Source: Neorhizobium sp. | GTDB taxonomy: Bacteria; Pseudomonadota; Alphaproteobacteria; Rhizobiales; Rhizobiaceae | Assembly (NCBI GenBank): GCA_965227625.1 | Contig: CBDDGK010000057.1 | Location: 15,543-79,542, forward strand | Direction: 5' to 3' | DNA: 64,000 bases | Shown: positions 31,220-41,864 of the stretch, piece by piece | Layout of the letters: each line of letters begins with the position of its first letter | How positions within the stretch are numbered: position 1 is the stretch's first letter | Notes under the pieces: generated by a model | Databases searched by the model: none | Seen by the model: only the letters and a program-made list of their open reading frames with translations | Told to the model about the DNA's origin: nothing | Translations under genes and position numbers: made by a program

Positions 31220-31966
31220 TCAGGCCGAAAGCTTGGCCATGACTTCTTCGGAAACCTCGAAGTTCGAATAAACGTTCTGCACGTCGTCATCGTCTTCCAG
31301 CGTGTCGATCAGCCTCAGGATCGACTGGGCCTTTTCTTCGTCCACTTCGATCGTGTTCTGCGGCTTCCAGATCGACTTGACGCTCTCGGCTTCGCCGAGC
31401 ACTGCCTCGAGCGCCTTGGAAACCTCGCCCATCGCTTCGAAACCGCAGAGGATCACGTGTCCGTCTTCGTCGCTGACAACGTCGTCGGCACCGGCTTCGA
31501 TTGCCGCTTCCATGACCTTGTCCGCATCGCCGACGCCCGGCTTGTAGGTGATCTCACCCAACCGGTCGAAGGAGAACGATACCGAACCGGTTTCGCCGAG
31601 CGCGCCGCCGGCCTTGGCGAAGGTCGAGCGAACGACGGAGGCGGTGCGGTTGCGATTGTCGGTCAACGCTTCGACGATGACCGCCGTGCCGCCGGGGCCG
31701 TAGCCCTCGTAACGGATGTATTCGTAGTTTTCACCATCGGCGCCCGACGCCTTCTTGATGGCGCGGTCGATATTGTCCTTCGGCATGGACTGCGCCTTGG
31801 CATTTTGAACCGCCAGACGCAATGCCGCGTTCATGTTCGGGTCGGGCAGACCGGTCTTTGCCGCAACGGTGATTTCGCGGGCGAGCTTGGAGAACATCTT
31901 CGAACGAATGCCGTCCTGCTTGCCCTTGCGGTGCATGATGTTTTTGAACTGTGAATGGCCAGCCAT
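31220..31966 (-). CDS. yebC: YebC/PmpR family protein
   Basis: [29 protein letters not shown] and [10 protein letters not shown]. Confidence 0.96.
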   Translation of the reverse strand: MAGHSQFKNIMHRKGKQDGIRSKMFSKLAREITVAAKTGLPDPNMNAALRLAVQNAKAQSMPKDNIDRAIKKASGADGENYEYIRYEGYGPGGTAVIVEALTDNRNRTASVVRSTFAKAGGALGETGSVSFSFDRLGEITYKPGVGDADKVMEAAIEAGADDVVSDEDGHVILCGFEAMGEVSKALEAVLGEAESVKSIWKPQNTIEVDEEKAQSILRLIDTLEDDDDVQNVYSNFEVSEEVMAKLSA

Positions 31967-32084
31967 GGCACCCCTGTAACGCTTTAGCTTGTTTGGGAAT
32001 GCCGCCTTATAATTTCGAAGGCGCGGCCATTCAAGGTTTTTCGTCTTCACGCGATTACGCGCATTCTACCGCTTCTATGCCCGC

Positions 32085-32110
32085 GGAACAAAGAAATGCC
32101 GATCTCCGTT
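32085..32110 (+). promoter_or_regulatory. EcfG/RpoE2 general stress promoter
   Basis: GGAAC-N17-CGTT upstream of the general stress protein gene. Confidence 0.75.
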
Positions 32111-32147
32111 TGGTCTTCGAAAGCAAAGAGAACAAAGGAGACGTTAC

Positions 32148-32660
32148 ATGGCAAGCCTCACCGAAGCCCGCGAAGCACCCGAACGCCAGCTCTGGGACGA
32201 GATCAACGGCATCCACGCCGGCATGCTGGGGATCGAAGGATCACATAAACATTTCCAGCCTATGGCACCGAATACCGACCCGAAAACCAGCACGATCTGG
32301 TTCTTCACCAAGACGGATACCGATCTGGTGCGGGCGGTTGGCCCGGGCGCAATGGCGCATTTCTGCGTCATCGGCAAACACCATGATTATCACGCCTGCC
32401 TTGCCGGTCAGCTGGAAGTCCGCAAGGATCCCGCCAAGATCGACGAATACTGGAGCGCGGTGACCGCCGCCTGGTACGAACAGGGCAAGGACGATCCCCT
32501 GCTGACCCTCCTGGCACTCCGTATCGAGGATGCCGAGATCTGGGCCTCCACAGATAGCTCGCTCAAATTCGGCTGGGAAATCGCCAAGGCGAACTGGAAG
32601 GACGAGAAGATGCCGGATGTCGGCGTCAAGCAGCACCTCGCCTTCCCGCAGTTCCATTGA
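32148..32660 (+). CDS. Pyridoxamine 5'-phosphate oxidase-like general stress protein
   Basis: GMLG..QPMAP, IWFFT, W..AWY..GKDDP pattern; AAGGAG RBS. Confidence 0.85.
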   Translation: MASLTEAREAPERQLWDEINGIHAGMLGIEGSHKHFQPMAPNTDPKTSTIWFFTKTDTDLVRAVGPGAMAHFCVIGKHHDYHACLAGQLEVRKDPAKIDEYWSAVTAAWYEQGKDDPLLTLLALRIEDAEIWASTDSSLKFGWEIAKANWKDEKMPDVGVKQHLAFPQFH

Positions 32661-32711
32661 TCGACCAGAAAACGGACCGATAACAAAGACTGGCTGCCGC
32701 AGGGGCTTCTG

Positions 32712-33572
32712 CTACATGCCCTGCGGCACCAGGATCGTCGGTTTCTTCGGCAGCGACCGCATGGAAACCCGGATCGTCTTCTCCTTGGCATAGGCAATGT
32801 CGAACTTGGCATTGAACATGGAGAGGAAATTGTCGAGCGGCGGCCCCCAGCGATGCATCGGCAGGATGATCGACGACCGAAGCCGCTGAACCACGCGGCT
32901 CATGCTGTCCGCACCCATCGTCAGCCCTCCATCCACCGGCACCATGAGAATGTCGAGCCGGCCGATTTCCGTATATTGCGCCTCGTTCAGCTCAAAATGC
33001 AGGTGGCCGAGATGGCCGATGCAGAGGCCGGCGACTTCGAAGATGAAGATGGAATTACCGTTCTGCTCGATGCCGCCGCCCCAGTCACGGATGTCCGACA
33101 CGACATTGCGGATATAGACGTCGCCCACCATCAGCTGATGTTTCGCTTTTTCGCCGGGCACATCGCTCCATCCATGCAGCACATGCTGGATGCCGGGCTC
33201 GGGATTGAGCGTGTAATGGGTGGAATGCGCCTTGTTCATCGTCGCCACATCCGGCAACCGCGAGGGGCGGTAGGCGCCGCTGTAATCGGTGGCGATACCT
33301 ATGCCTTCGGGCGTTTCGATGAAATAGGTGGAATGCCCCACGAAGGTGATCTTTACCTCTTCTTTCTCGGAAAGAGTGAGGCTCTTCTTGGCCTGCGCGA
33401 ACTGAACCCCTGCCGGATTGAAACTGGCATAGGTGACGCCGGGGAGTTTCTGGGCAATCGCCTGGCATTGGCTGATCGGCATTTCCGCCTGTTGGGCACC
33501 GGCAGAAAACGCGGAAAGAAACAGGGCCGAAGCGCCGCCCAGAAATCCGAATGCCAGAGCCCGCAGCATCAT
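32712..33572 (-). CDS. MBL-fold metallo-hydrolase, exported
   Basis: Signal peptide, FVGHSTYFI, AHSTH, GHLGHL and IILPMH. Confidence 0.85.
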   Translation of the reverse strand: MMLRALAFGFLGGASALFLSAFSAGAQQAEMPISQCQAIAQKLPGVTYASFNPAGVQFAQAKKSLTLSEKEEVKITFVGHSTYFIETPEGIGIATDYSGAYRPSRLPDVATMNKAHSTHYTLNPEPGIQHVLHGWSDVPGEKAKHQLMVGDVYIRNVVSDIRDWGGGIEQNGNSIFIFEVAGLCIGHLGHLHFELNEAQYTEIGRLDILMVPVDGGLTMGADSMSRVVQRLRSSIILPMHRWGPPLDNFLSMFNAKFDIAYAKEKTIRVSMRSLPKKPTILVPQGM

Positions 33573-33768
33573 GCCACCATCCTCAACAACCGCACGTATT
33601 CCCTGACGAAAAGATGCGGCAAGGGCCAACACCGGTCCAGCGCGAAGTTTGGCAGGCACCCTCACAATTCTGTCATTGGTTGGACTGATAGAATTGATTA
33701 TTGAAAAGAATGTGGGGCCTCGCGAACGCATTGGGAGCGCCCGCCGCGAGACTTGAGAGGAGAATTTC

Positions 33769-34497
33769 ATGAAGAACGATATTCAGATCAAAACCGCCGA
33801 TGGCACTGCCGAGGCCGCCGTCATCAAGCCCGCAAGCGGCGCGACGACCAAGGGCGTCATCCTATACATGGACGCCTTCGGCCCGCGCGAAGCGCTCTAC
33901 TGGATGGGACAGCGCATCGCCGATGCCGGTTATGTCGTCCTCGTTCCCGACCTCTACTACCGCTCCGGCGCCTACGGTCCCTTCGACGCCAAGACCGCCT
34001 TCAGCGAGGAAGATTCCAAGACCCAGATCCGCGCCATGATGGGCGCGACCACCCAGGAACTGACAGCCAGGGATGGCAAAGCTTTCATCGCCGCGCTCGA
34101 TGCCGAAGGTGCAAACGGCCCGATCGGCGCCGTCGGTTACTGTATGGGTGGCGCCCGCGCACTGACCGCCGCGGCCACCTATCCCGACCGCATCGCCGCT
34201 GCAGCCAGCTTCCACGGCGGCAACCTGGCAAGCGACGCGGAAAACAGCCCGCACCGGCTTGCCGACAAGATCAAGGCCCGCGTCTATGTCGGCGTTTCCG
34301 GCATCGACAACAGCTTCCCGCCGGAACAATCCGCCCGTTTCGCCGAAGCATTCCGCGTGGCCGGCGTCGATCACGCCATGGAAAACTACGTCGGCATGGC
34401 GCATGGCTGGACCGTTCCCGACCACGGCGTCTACGACGAGGCAGGCTCGGAGCGCCATTTCAAGCGCCTGCTGACGCTGTTCGAGGAAACCCTCTAA
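33769..34497 (+). CDS. Dienelactone hydrolase family protein
   Basis: MDAFG, GYCMGG nucleophile elbow, HGW. Confidence 0.92.
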   Translation: MKNDIQIKTADGTAEAAVIKPASGATTKGVILYMDAFGPREALYWMGQRIADAGYVVLVPDLYYRSGAYGPFDAKTAFSEEDSKTQIRAMMGATTQELTARDGKAFIAALDAEGANGPIGAVGYCMGGARALTAAATYPDRIAAAASFHGGNLASDAENSPHRLADKIKARVYVGVSGIDNSFPPEQSARFAEAFRVAGVDHAMENYVGMAHGWTVPDHGVYDEAGSERHFKRLLTLFEETL

Positions 34498-34555
34498 GCC
34501 TGTTCCAACACATGCGAGCGGTGGACCGTCGCTCGCAGTAACCGGGATTGAGCCA

Positions 34556-35149
34556 ATGTCCGACACCCTCGAACGCCAGGCCGCCTTGCAGGCCGAGGCA
34601 AATTCGATCGTCGAAAAGCTGGATCTGCAGAGACTGCTTGGCACTGCCGGAAACCCGGTACGTGTCGGCAGTTCGGCACTCGGTGTCATGGTCCGCCGCG
34701 ACATCGACATCACCACTTTATGCGCAAGGCTCGATGCCGCAACCCGCAGAAAGATTGCCGAGATCGCAGCGGAACTCATGCTCGACCAGCGCATCGGCGC
34801 CGTGCGTTACCGCAACGATACCGGCTTCTGGAATGTCGAACCGCACGCCTATCCCGATGGGCTCTATCTTGCCGTTACCTATCGTTCGGAGCAGGACGAG
34901 GACTGGAACCTCGATCTCTGGTTCGTCGATGAGCCGGAACGCCAGCCGGATATCGCACACCTGAAAACGCTGCTGCCGCGGCTGACCGATGCCATCCGCG
35001 AAACGATCGTCACCATCAAGGCGGAGCTTGCAGCGAATGCCCCGGCAGGCGGGCGACCGGTATCGAGCGCGCTGGTTTATGAAGCCGTGGTCGATGGCAA
35101 TGTGACGACCGCCGCAGGCTTCGCGACGTGGCTGGCCGATCGCTCCTGA
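34556..35149 (+). CDS. Hypothetical protein with pol-beta nucleotidyltransferase-like signature
   Basis: VGS-N9-DIDI plus a later WNLDLWF strand; host-like codon usage. Confidence 0.65.
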   Translation: MSDTLERQAALQAEANSIVEKLDLQRLLGTAGNPVRVGSSALGVMVRRDIDITTLCARLDAATRRKIAEIAAELMLDQRIGAVRYRNDTGFWNVEPHAYPDGLYLAVTYRSEQDEDWNLDLWFVDEPERQPDIAHLKTLLPRLTDAIRETIVTIKAELAANAPAGGRPVSSALVYEAVVDGNVTTAAGFATWLADRS

Positions 35150-35431
35150 TCACTCCAGAGCGCCAGTAGCGGCGGCATCTCCGCGAAGGGTACGTGACGA
35201 GCTCGTCGCCAGGATTTGCTTTCCGACCTCCCAACGCCTCCAGCAATTTCGGGTGAAGGCCATCTCCCCGTTGGGCGGCGGCGGTGTGCAATGCCAAAAT
35301 AGCGAGCATGGCTGAACTCCGGTTTGTCTTGAGACCGGAATATTAAGGGCCTAAAGCGCTCCCTCGCCCACCCGTTTCATGCCAATTGAGCAGGAATGGC
35401 CGCGTCCGGAGATTTCTGCTATCCGGTGAGC

Positions 35432-35761
35432 ATGGCGAAAAAGCACAAATACGACGTCGTCTCGTGGTATCAGCAGCCGGAGCCGGAAATCTGCCCGCTC
35501 TGCAATCGCCTGATCCCGCAGGATCAACGCGACGAACACCATCTCGTGCCGAAAAGCCGCGGCGGGCGGGAGACGCAATTCCTCCACCGGATCTGCCATC
35601 GGCAGATCCATGCGCTGTTCTCGGAAGCGGAGCTGGAGAAATCCTACGCGACAATCGAGGCGCTGCTCGATCATCCGGAAATGCAGAAATTCGTCGCCTG
35701 GGTCGCCAAGAAGCCTGACGGCTTTTACGACGGCACCAAACGCAGCAACCGGCGCAGATGA
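35432..35761 (+). CDS. Small HNH endonuclease-like protein
   Basis: CPLC...EHHLVPKSRGG...LHRICHRQIH. Confidence 0.85.
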   Translation: MAKKHKYDVVSWYQQPEPEICPLCNRLIPQDQRDEHHLVPKSRGGRETQFLHRICHRQIHALFSEAELEKSYATIEALLDHPEMQKFVAWVAKKPDGFYDGTKRSNRRR

Positions 35762-36586
35762 TTACCGCCAGAAGCTCGGTATCGTTTCCGCAAGCCGCGG
35801 CCCAATCCTGAGCGGCTCGATCTTTTCCGCAAGGCCCGTCGAATCCGAAATCTCCAGCCCGAGGCCGCAGATGGTTGCAGGACCGGTCGCCGCCTCGAAA
35901 CGGCCCTTCGGCATCTTCGAGATGAAACGGTTGAGCGGTTCTTCCTTGTCCATGCCGAGCGAGCTGTCGTAGTCGCCGCACATACCGGCGTCCGACATAT
36001 ACCCCGTGCCGCCGTTCAGAATCTGGTAGTCAGCGGTCGGCACATGCGTGTGGGTGCCGACCACGAGCGTTGCGCGCCCATCGACGAAATGGCCGAAGCA
36101 CTGCTTCTCGCTCGTCGCTTCCGCATGGAAATCGAAGATGATCGCATCCGCCTGTTCCTTCAGCGGCGCGGCATCGAGGATCGCTTCGGCGCTCTTGAAG
36201 GGGTCGTCGAGTTCGGGATGCATAAACACCCGGCCCATGATGTTGGCGACCATCACGCGGGCGCCGTTGCGGGCATAGAACAGGCCGGAGCCCTTGCCGG
36301 GCGTACCGGCCGGATAGTTCGCAGGGCGCAGGAACTGATCGTGCCGGCCGGCGAAGGTGACGGCTTCCTTCTGGTCCCAGACGTGGTTGCCGGTGGTCAC
36401 CACGTCGGCGCCAGCATTGATCGTCTCGAGAAAGATGTCTTCCGTGATGCCGAAACCGCCTGCGGCGTTCTCGCCGTTGACGATGACGAAATCGAGCTTC
36501 AGGTCGGAGACGAGGCCGGGGAGCTTTTCCCAAACCGCTGTACGGCCGGTCTTGCCCACCATGTCACCGAGAAACAAAAGGCGCAT
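35762..36586 (-). CDS. YmdB/TIGR00282 metallophosphoesterase
   Basis: FLGDMVG, NGENAAGG, TGNH, DFHAEATSEK and GTHTH. Confidence 0.93.
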   Translation of the reverse strand: MRLLFLGDMVGKTGRTAVWEKLPGLVSDLKLDFVIVNGENAAGGFGITEDIFLETINAGADVVTTGNHVWDQKEAVTFAGRHDQFLRPANYPAGTPGKGSGLFYARNGARVMVANIMGRVFMHPELDDPFKSAEAILDAAPLKEQADAIIFDFHAEATSEKQCFGHFVDGRATLVVGTHTHVPTADYQILNGGTGYMSDAGMCGDYDSSLGMDKEEPLNRFISKMPKGRFEAATGPATICGLGLEISDSTGLAEKIEPLRIGPRLAETIPSFWR

Positions 36587-36611
36587 GTCTGTCCAATCTA
36601 TCGGTCCGCTC

Positions 36612-37199
36612 TTATCCGAAGGGCCGGTAGCCGCTCTCGGTCAGGACCGCGTTCAGTCTGATATCGTGAGGTTCAGCGGGAACTGATGCCACTTCCTGGC
36701 AGTCGAACGCAATGCCGATCAGCTGCGGATTCAGGCCTTTTTCAAGCAAACGGTGAATCGCGCGGTCGTAATAGCCGCCGCCATAACCGATCCGGTGGCC
36801 GGCGGCATCGAAAGCAGAGAGCGGCACCAGCATCACTTGCGGATCGAGTTCGGCCGCATCCGGCCCCGGCCCGAACGTGCCGAAAGTGCCTGCCACCAGC
36901 TCGGCGCCCCGCACCAGTTCACGGAAAACGATCGTCTGCTTGTCGAGAATGACCGGCACGCAGAGCCGCGCACTGCGGTCGCGCAGATAGGCCATCAGCG
37001 GCCGGGCATCGACTTCGGAACGGATCGGCAAGAAGCCGGAGACGATCGCTCCGGCTTCGAACGTGATGGCGTCCGCCCCGTGGGAGGCGATCGCCAGGCT
37101 TTTCTCGATACGCTCGACCGGCGGGATTGCGTCGCGGGCGGCAAGCCGCCCGGCGCGCAGTTCCGCCTTCAACGGCGCACTGAGAGCAGCGGTGCTCAT
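36612..37199 (-). CDS. ygfA: 5-formyltetrahydrofolate cyclo-ligase
   Basis: VPLSAFD..GHRIGYGGGYYDR and EPHD motifs. Confidence 0.93.
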   Translation of the reverse strand: MSTAALSAPLKAELRAGRLAARDAIPPVERIEKSLAIASHGADAITFEAGAIVSGFLPIRSEVDARPLMAYLRDRSARLCVPVILDKQTIVFRELVRGAELVAGTFGTFGPGPDAAELDPQVMLVPLSAFDAAGHRIGYGGGYYDRAIHRLLEKGLNPQLIGIAFDCQEVASVPAEPHDIRLNAVLTESGYRPFG

Positions 37200-38485
37200 C
37201 AGCCCTTGTCCGCCGCGCGGGTAACGAGCAGCTTGTCGATGCGGCGGCCGTCAAGGTCGATCACCTCGAAGGTCCAGCCCTGCGTCGTGAACTTCTCGCC
37301 GAGTTCCGGCAGATGTTTCAGCTCGTCGAGCACGAAGCCGGCAACGGTCTCGTAGCCCGGATCGTCGCCGATCGGCAGGCCCATCTGGTCGGCGAACTCG
37401 TCGACGGGCATCCAGCCGGCAATGAGGAACGAACCGTCGTCGCGCGCCACGATCGCCGGCTCCTCGATTTCATCCTCCTGGAAGACGCCGGTAATGGCCT
37501 CCAGAATGTCACCGGAGGTGATGATGCCTTCGAAATGGCCGTATTCGTCATACACGAGAACCATATGCGCCGGCGCCTTACGCAGCGCCTGGATGACGTC
37601 GAGCGCGCCGGTGAGGTCGGAGACCACCGGTGCGTCACGCATCAGCGTGTTGATCTCGAAATGCTTGTCGCCGGCGATGAAATCGTAGGCATCCTTGACG
37701 AACAGCACCCCGACGATCTCGTCGGACGAACCCTTGCGAACCGGCAGGCGCGAGCGGGTCGTGGCCCGCAATTGCGTGCGAAGCTCTTCCAGATTGTCTT
37801 CGGTATCGATCACCTCAACGTCGCGACGTGGGGTCATCAAGCCGCGCGCGGTGCGGTCGGCAAGGCGCATGACGCCGGAGATCATCTCGGATTCGCCGGT
37901 CTCGATCACACCGGCGCTCTGCGCTTCGGCAAGAACCGTGCGGATTTCCTCGTCGGTTACACGATCGCTCGATTCACCGCGCTGGCCGAGAAGGCCGAGC
38001 ACGATACGACCGGAAATATCGAGGAACCAGACGACCGGAGCACCGACCATCGCAACCAGACGCATGGCGGGGGCAACGCGGGCGGCAACCATTTCCGGCG
38101 CACGCAATGCGATCTGCTTCGGCACGAGTTCGCCGATGATAAGCGAAAGATAGGTGATGATGACGACGACGGTACCGACGCCGAGCCAGTCGGCGAGATT
38201 GTCCGCCATGCCCTGGGCTTCGAGCCAGGTGGTCAGGCGCGTGCCGAGCGTGGCGCCCGAGAAAGCGCCGGAGAGAACGCCGACGAGCGTAATGCCGATC
38301 TGAACTGAAGAAAGGAAGCGGCCGGGATCTTCCGCGAGTTTAATGGCTGTTGCCGCTCCCCGGTTGCCCTGTTCGGCCATGACCTTGAGGCGAACGGGAC
38401 GAGAGGAGACGACGGCGAGTTCCGACATTGCCAGAACACCGTTGAGGACGGTGAGTGCAATGACGATGAGAATTTCGGTTAACAA
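37199..38485 (-). CDS. HlyC/CorC (CNNM-CBS-CorC) family membrane protein
   Basis: NGVLAMSELA, GELVPKQIA, MTPR, DEYG and DGRRIDKL; stop overlaps the ygfA start. Confidence 0.92.
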   Translation of the reverse strand: MLTEILIVIALTVLNGVLAMSELAVVSSRPVRLKVMAEQGNRGAATAIKLAEDPGRFLSSVQIGITLVGVLSGAFSGATLGTRLTTWLEAQGMADNLADWLGVGTVVVIITYLSLIIGELVPKQIALRAPEMVAARVAPAMRLVAMVGAPVVWFLDISGRIVLGLLGQRGESSDRVTDEEIRTVLAEAQSAGVIETGESEMISGVMRLADRTARGLMTPRRDVEVIDTEDNLEELRTQLRATTRSRLPVRKGSSDEIVGVLFVKDAYDFIAGDKHFEINTLMRDAPVVSDLTGALDVIQALRKAPAHMVLVYDEYGHFEGIITSGDILEAITGVFQEDEIEEPAIVARDDGSFLIAGWMPVDEFADQMGLPIGDDPGYETVAGFVLDELKHLPELGEKFTTQGWTFEVIDLDGRRIDKLLVTRAADKG

Positions 38486-38755
38486 AAGGAGCTCTTAAGC
38501 TGGGACAATATCCTGCGCGCCAAACGAAACATACCGCTCCCGGAATTCTGTTGAGGGAGCGGAATATGCCTTCAGGCGATAGCGGTTGGAACGCCCCGCC
38601 GGCAAAGTTTCACGCACAGTTCGGAAAACCGGCAATCGGTTCTCGGAACTATGCACCTTCCCTTGCTCAATTGAAATCATAGGGTCCTAGCCGGACCAAT
38701 GCAATGGCCGGAACATGATCCGATGCACGATGTGTAGCTGAAAAAGCACGGAAAT

Positions 38756-39784
38756 TCAGTGAAGAGTGACCGTCAGCTCGGCTCTCGTGCCGGAAATATT
38801 GGGTACGTAGTGGATCGAAGAGCCCAGCGTCGCCGCCATGGACTTGACGATACGGCTACCCAGTCCGGTGCCTTTCGGCACGTCTCCCTCACGCCAACCG
38901 ATACCATCGTCCTCGACGGCGAGCAGCGCGCTGCCCTCGCCTGTCCGCTTCAGTACGACGCGGACCTCGCCCTCCGCGCCGGCCGGATAGGCGTATTTCA
39001 GCGCGTTGGTCAGAAGTTCGGTGACGATCATGCCGATCGAAACGGCGCGGTCCGACGTCAGCGACACCGGCTCCGCTTCGAGGCGGATCGAGGTTCCCTG
39101 TTGGTCATTGACGCTGCTCTGCACTTCGCGCACCAGCGTGCCGAGATACTTGTCCATTTCCACATGCCGCACGTCGTCGGATGTGTAGAGACTGCGATGC
39201 ATGCCAGCGATCGCGGAAATGCGCGCCTGCGTCTCCGCCAGCGCTTCCTTCACCGCGTCATTCTTGCTGCTCGAGACCTGAAGACGGATCAATGCCGCCA
39301 CAAGCGCCAGGCTGTTGGCGACGCGATGGTTGACTTCGGTGAGAAGAACCTCGGCGCGCTCCTTGCCGAGACGGATTTCCTGATCGGCCTTTTCCTTTGC
39401 GCGACGCAGTTCCGCATTGGCCAGGCCTTGCGAGATCGCGCTTTCCATCAGCGGCCAGAACTCTTCGCCCACCGTCTTGATGACATAATCCGACGCACCG
39501 CTTTTCAGCGCATCGATCGCAATCGTCGCGTCGCTGGAGCCGGTCACATAGATGACCGGAATATCCGAGCCCTGTTCCTTCAGCGTGTGAAGGATATCAA
39601 GCCCGGTACCGGTGCGCAGATAGTGGTCGAGGACCACGACATGAATGCCGCCCTTCTCGATCGCCATCATGGCCGACGGCGCGTCGATGGCATGGATGAC
39701 CTGATACCCGGACCGGCCGAACTGGCGTTCGGCAAGCCTTGCAAGGGCGAGGTCGTCATCGACATAGAGGATGGTATGCGGCAT
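38756..39784 (-). CDS. Hybrid receiver-HisKA_2 histidine kinase
   Basis: N-terminal receiver (YVDDD, VLDHYL), EVNHRVANSL H-box, ELLTNALKYA, DDGIG, GLG. Confidence 0.9.
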   Translation of the reverse strand: MPHTILYVDDDLALARLAERQFGRSGYQVIHAIDAPSAMMAIEKGGIHVVVLDHYLRTGTGLDILHTLKEQGSDIPVIYVTGSSDATIAIDALKSGASDYVIKTVGEEFWPLMESAISQGLANAELRRAKEKADQEIRLGKERAEVLLTEVNHRVANSLALVAALIRLQVSSSKNDAVKEALAETQARISAIAGMHRSLYTSDDVRHVEMDKYLGTLVREVQSSVNDQQGTSIRLEAEPVSLTSDRAVSIGMIVTELLTNALKYAYPAGAEGEVRVVLKRTGEGSALLAVEDDGIGWREGDVPKGTGLGSRIVKSMAATLGSSIHYVPNISGTRAELTVTLH

Positions 39785-39793
39785 CGCGTCTCG

Positions 39794-40237
39794 TTATTGT
39801 CCGGGGATCTGCATCACGGCAAAAAACAGCCCGAGCTGTCGGATGGCATGCGCAAAGCTGTCGTAATCGACGGGTTTGGTGATGTAAACGTTGGCTCCGA
39901 GATCGTAGCAACGCTGAATTTCGCGCTCGTCATCCGTCGTCGTGAGGATCACGACAGGCAGACGCTTCGAGTGAGGGTTGGACTTCACCTTCTCCAGGAT
40001 GTCAATACCCGACATGTCCGGCAGGTTGAGGTCCAACAAAATGAGAAGATAGCGATCCGCATTGGCGGCGCCGATGCGGTCCTTGCCGAGAATGTAATCG
40101 AGCGCATCGTTGCCATTGGTAAACGGCACGATCTCGTTGTTGACGCCGGCGCGGCGCACGTTCTTTTCGATCAGGCGTGCATGGCCCTCATCGTCTTCGA
40201 CCATGACGATGGTGACTTCCTTGCCGGCTGCTTTCAT
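39794..40237 (-). CDS. Single-domain response regulator (Rcp1-like)
   Basis: VEDD, LLDLNLP, LTTTDDEREI and GANVYITKP. Confidence 0.92.
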   Translation of the reverse strand: MKAAGKEVTIVMVEDDEGHARLIEKNVRRAGVNNEIVPFTNGNDALDYILGKDRIGAANADRYLLILLDLNLPDMSGIDILEKVKSNPHSKRLPVVILTTTDDEREIQRCYDLGANVYITKPVDYDSFAHAIRQLGLFFAVMQIPGQ

Positions 40238-41733
40238 GACCCGCTACTCCTGACATACTGGGACAAATCCGTGGGCAGGCGAATGACGAATGTCGCCCCG
40301 CCGCCCAATGTGGACGTCACCGTAATCTCACCACCTAAATTTCTAACTAATGAACGAACATGCGCGAGGCCAATGCCCTCGCCCGGCTGGTTCTGAACCC
40401 CCGAGCGGCGGAAAAGCTCGAAAACTCGCTCATGATCTTCCGGCGCGATACCGCGCCCGTTATCGGCAACTTCGATCTTGATCGCCCCACGGCCGATCGG
40501 CTGCGCCTTGACCGACAGCAACAACGGCCTGTCGGGATGCTTGTACTTGACGGCATTGTCGAAGAGATTGCCGAAAATCTGCTCCATGGAAAATCTGTCG
40601 GTAATAAGGCCGCGCGCCGCCGCAACCGAAATATCCACCTCGCCGCCGGCATCGCTGACCTGATGGTAGACGCTGGCTGCCGTTGCTTCCAGAAGCTCCT
40701 GCAGGTTGACGCGCTCGGGCTTGAGTTCGCGTCGACCGTCGCGGGAAATCTTCAATATCGCGTTGATCAACCCGTCCATCTTCTTGGTCGACGAGCGGAT
40801 GAAACCGATCGCCTCCGGCAGATCCTCCTCGACACCGAGGCGAGCCTCGCGCACCTCGCTTTCGCTCAATGCCTCGCCATCGGCCATGACGTAGGTACGG
40901 ATCGACTTCAGCGTCGCATCAAGCTCGCTGGTAAAGCCCATGATGTTGACGAGCGGCGCGCGCAGATCGTGCGACACGATATAGGCATAACGCTGGATTT
41001 CCCGGTTTGCCTGGATGAGATCTTCGGTGCGTTCGTTGACGCGCTCTTCGAGACCGGAATTCAGCTCCTCCACCTCGCGGCGGGCATGCTGCAATTCGCG
41101 TACATGCTGGGCAACGATGGTGATCGCGCCCCCCAGAACCAGAATAATCACGATGCCGCCGCCGATCGTGAACCATTGCAGCGAGTTTGCGGACTCGTTC
41201 AACTCCTGAATACCGGCGCCGATCTTGCCATCCATGTCGCGGATGACCTTGCCGAGGATCGCCGTGATGCCCTCCATGACCTGGCGGCCATAGGAGCCCT
41301 TCACGATTGCAACCGCCCCGGGGAAATCGCCGTTCCGTCCAAGGCCGACGGTGCCTTCCATCTCCTGCGTCTTCTCGATCAGCAGCCGATCGAGATCGGC
41401 CATCGGGATATCGACCGAACCCTGCGCTGCAACCATCGCCTTGAAACGGTCACGCGCCTTCGGAAGGTTCGCCATCGCGTTGGTAAACGGCGTCAGGAAT
41501 TCCTGATCCTGCGTCAGCAGGTAACCGCGCTGGCCCGATTCCGCCGCCCTGAGATAAAGCACCAGATCGGCTGCCGAACTGCGCACGTCACGCAGCTTCA
41601 CCACATCCTGAAAATAGGATTTCGTATTCGATGCGAGAAAGAAGGACGACAGCACGATCCCGACGAGGATAGCGCTGCCGATGACCAGCATCAGCAGCGA
41701 GGATCGAGCAAAGGACGCATTGGAAAAGGGCAT
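40234..41733 (-). CDS. CHASE3 sensor histidine kinase
   Basis: AESGQRGYLLT (CHASE3), SHDLRAPL H-box, NAVKY, DNGRG, GIGLA. Confidence 0.92.
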   Translation of the reverse strand: MPFSNASFARSSLLMLVIGSAILVGIVLSSFFLASNTKSYFQDVVKLRDVRSSAADLVLYLRAAESGQRGYLLTQDQEFLTPFTNAMANLPKARDRFKAMVAAQGSVDIPMADLDRLLIEKTQEMEGTVGLGRNGDFPGAVAIVKGSYGRQVMEGITAILGKVIRDMDGKIGAGIQELNESANSLQWFTIGGGIVIILVLGGAITIVAQHVRELQHARREVEELNSGLEERVNERTEDLIQANREIQRYAYIVSHDLRAPLVNIMGFTSELDATLKSIRTYVMADGEALSESEVREARLGVEEDLPEAIGFIRSSTKKMDGLINAILKISRDGRRELKPERVNLQELLEATAASVYHQVSDAGGEVDISVAAARGLITDRFSMEQIFGNLFDNAVKYKHPDRPLLLSVKAQPIGRGAIKIEVADNGRGIAPEDHERVFELFRRSGVQNQPGEGIGLAHVRSLVRNLGGEITVTSTLGGGATFVIRLPTDLSQYVRSSGS

Positions 41734-41864
41734 GAATACCGGCCGGCCAGTGAAGAAGGCATGTGAACAGGACGGCAAGAAGGTGGTCGCGGCATGCGCT
41801 TTGTCAAGCATGCCCTGATAAATAGTCGGAAGAAGGACTTAAGTCCGGTCGGAGGCGGATCGGT

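Noticed and set aside
33769-35761. Hydrolase-NTase-HNH as a CBASS-like defence operon
   Set aside because: The NTase-like protein is much shorter than CD-NTases, the HNH protein lacks a SAVED or other sensor domain, and a 282-bp gap separates them.
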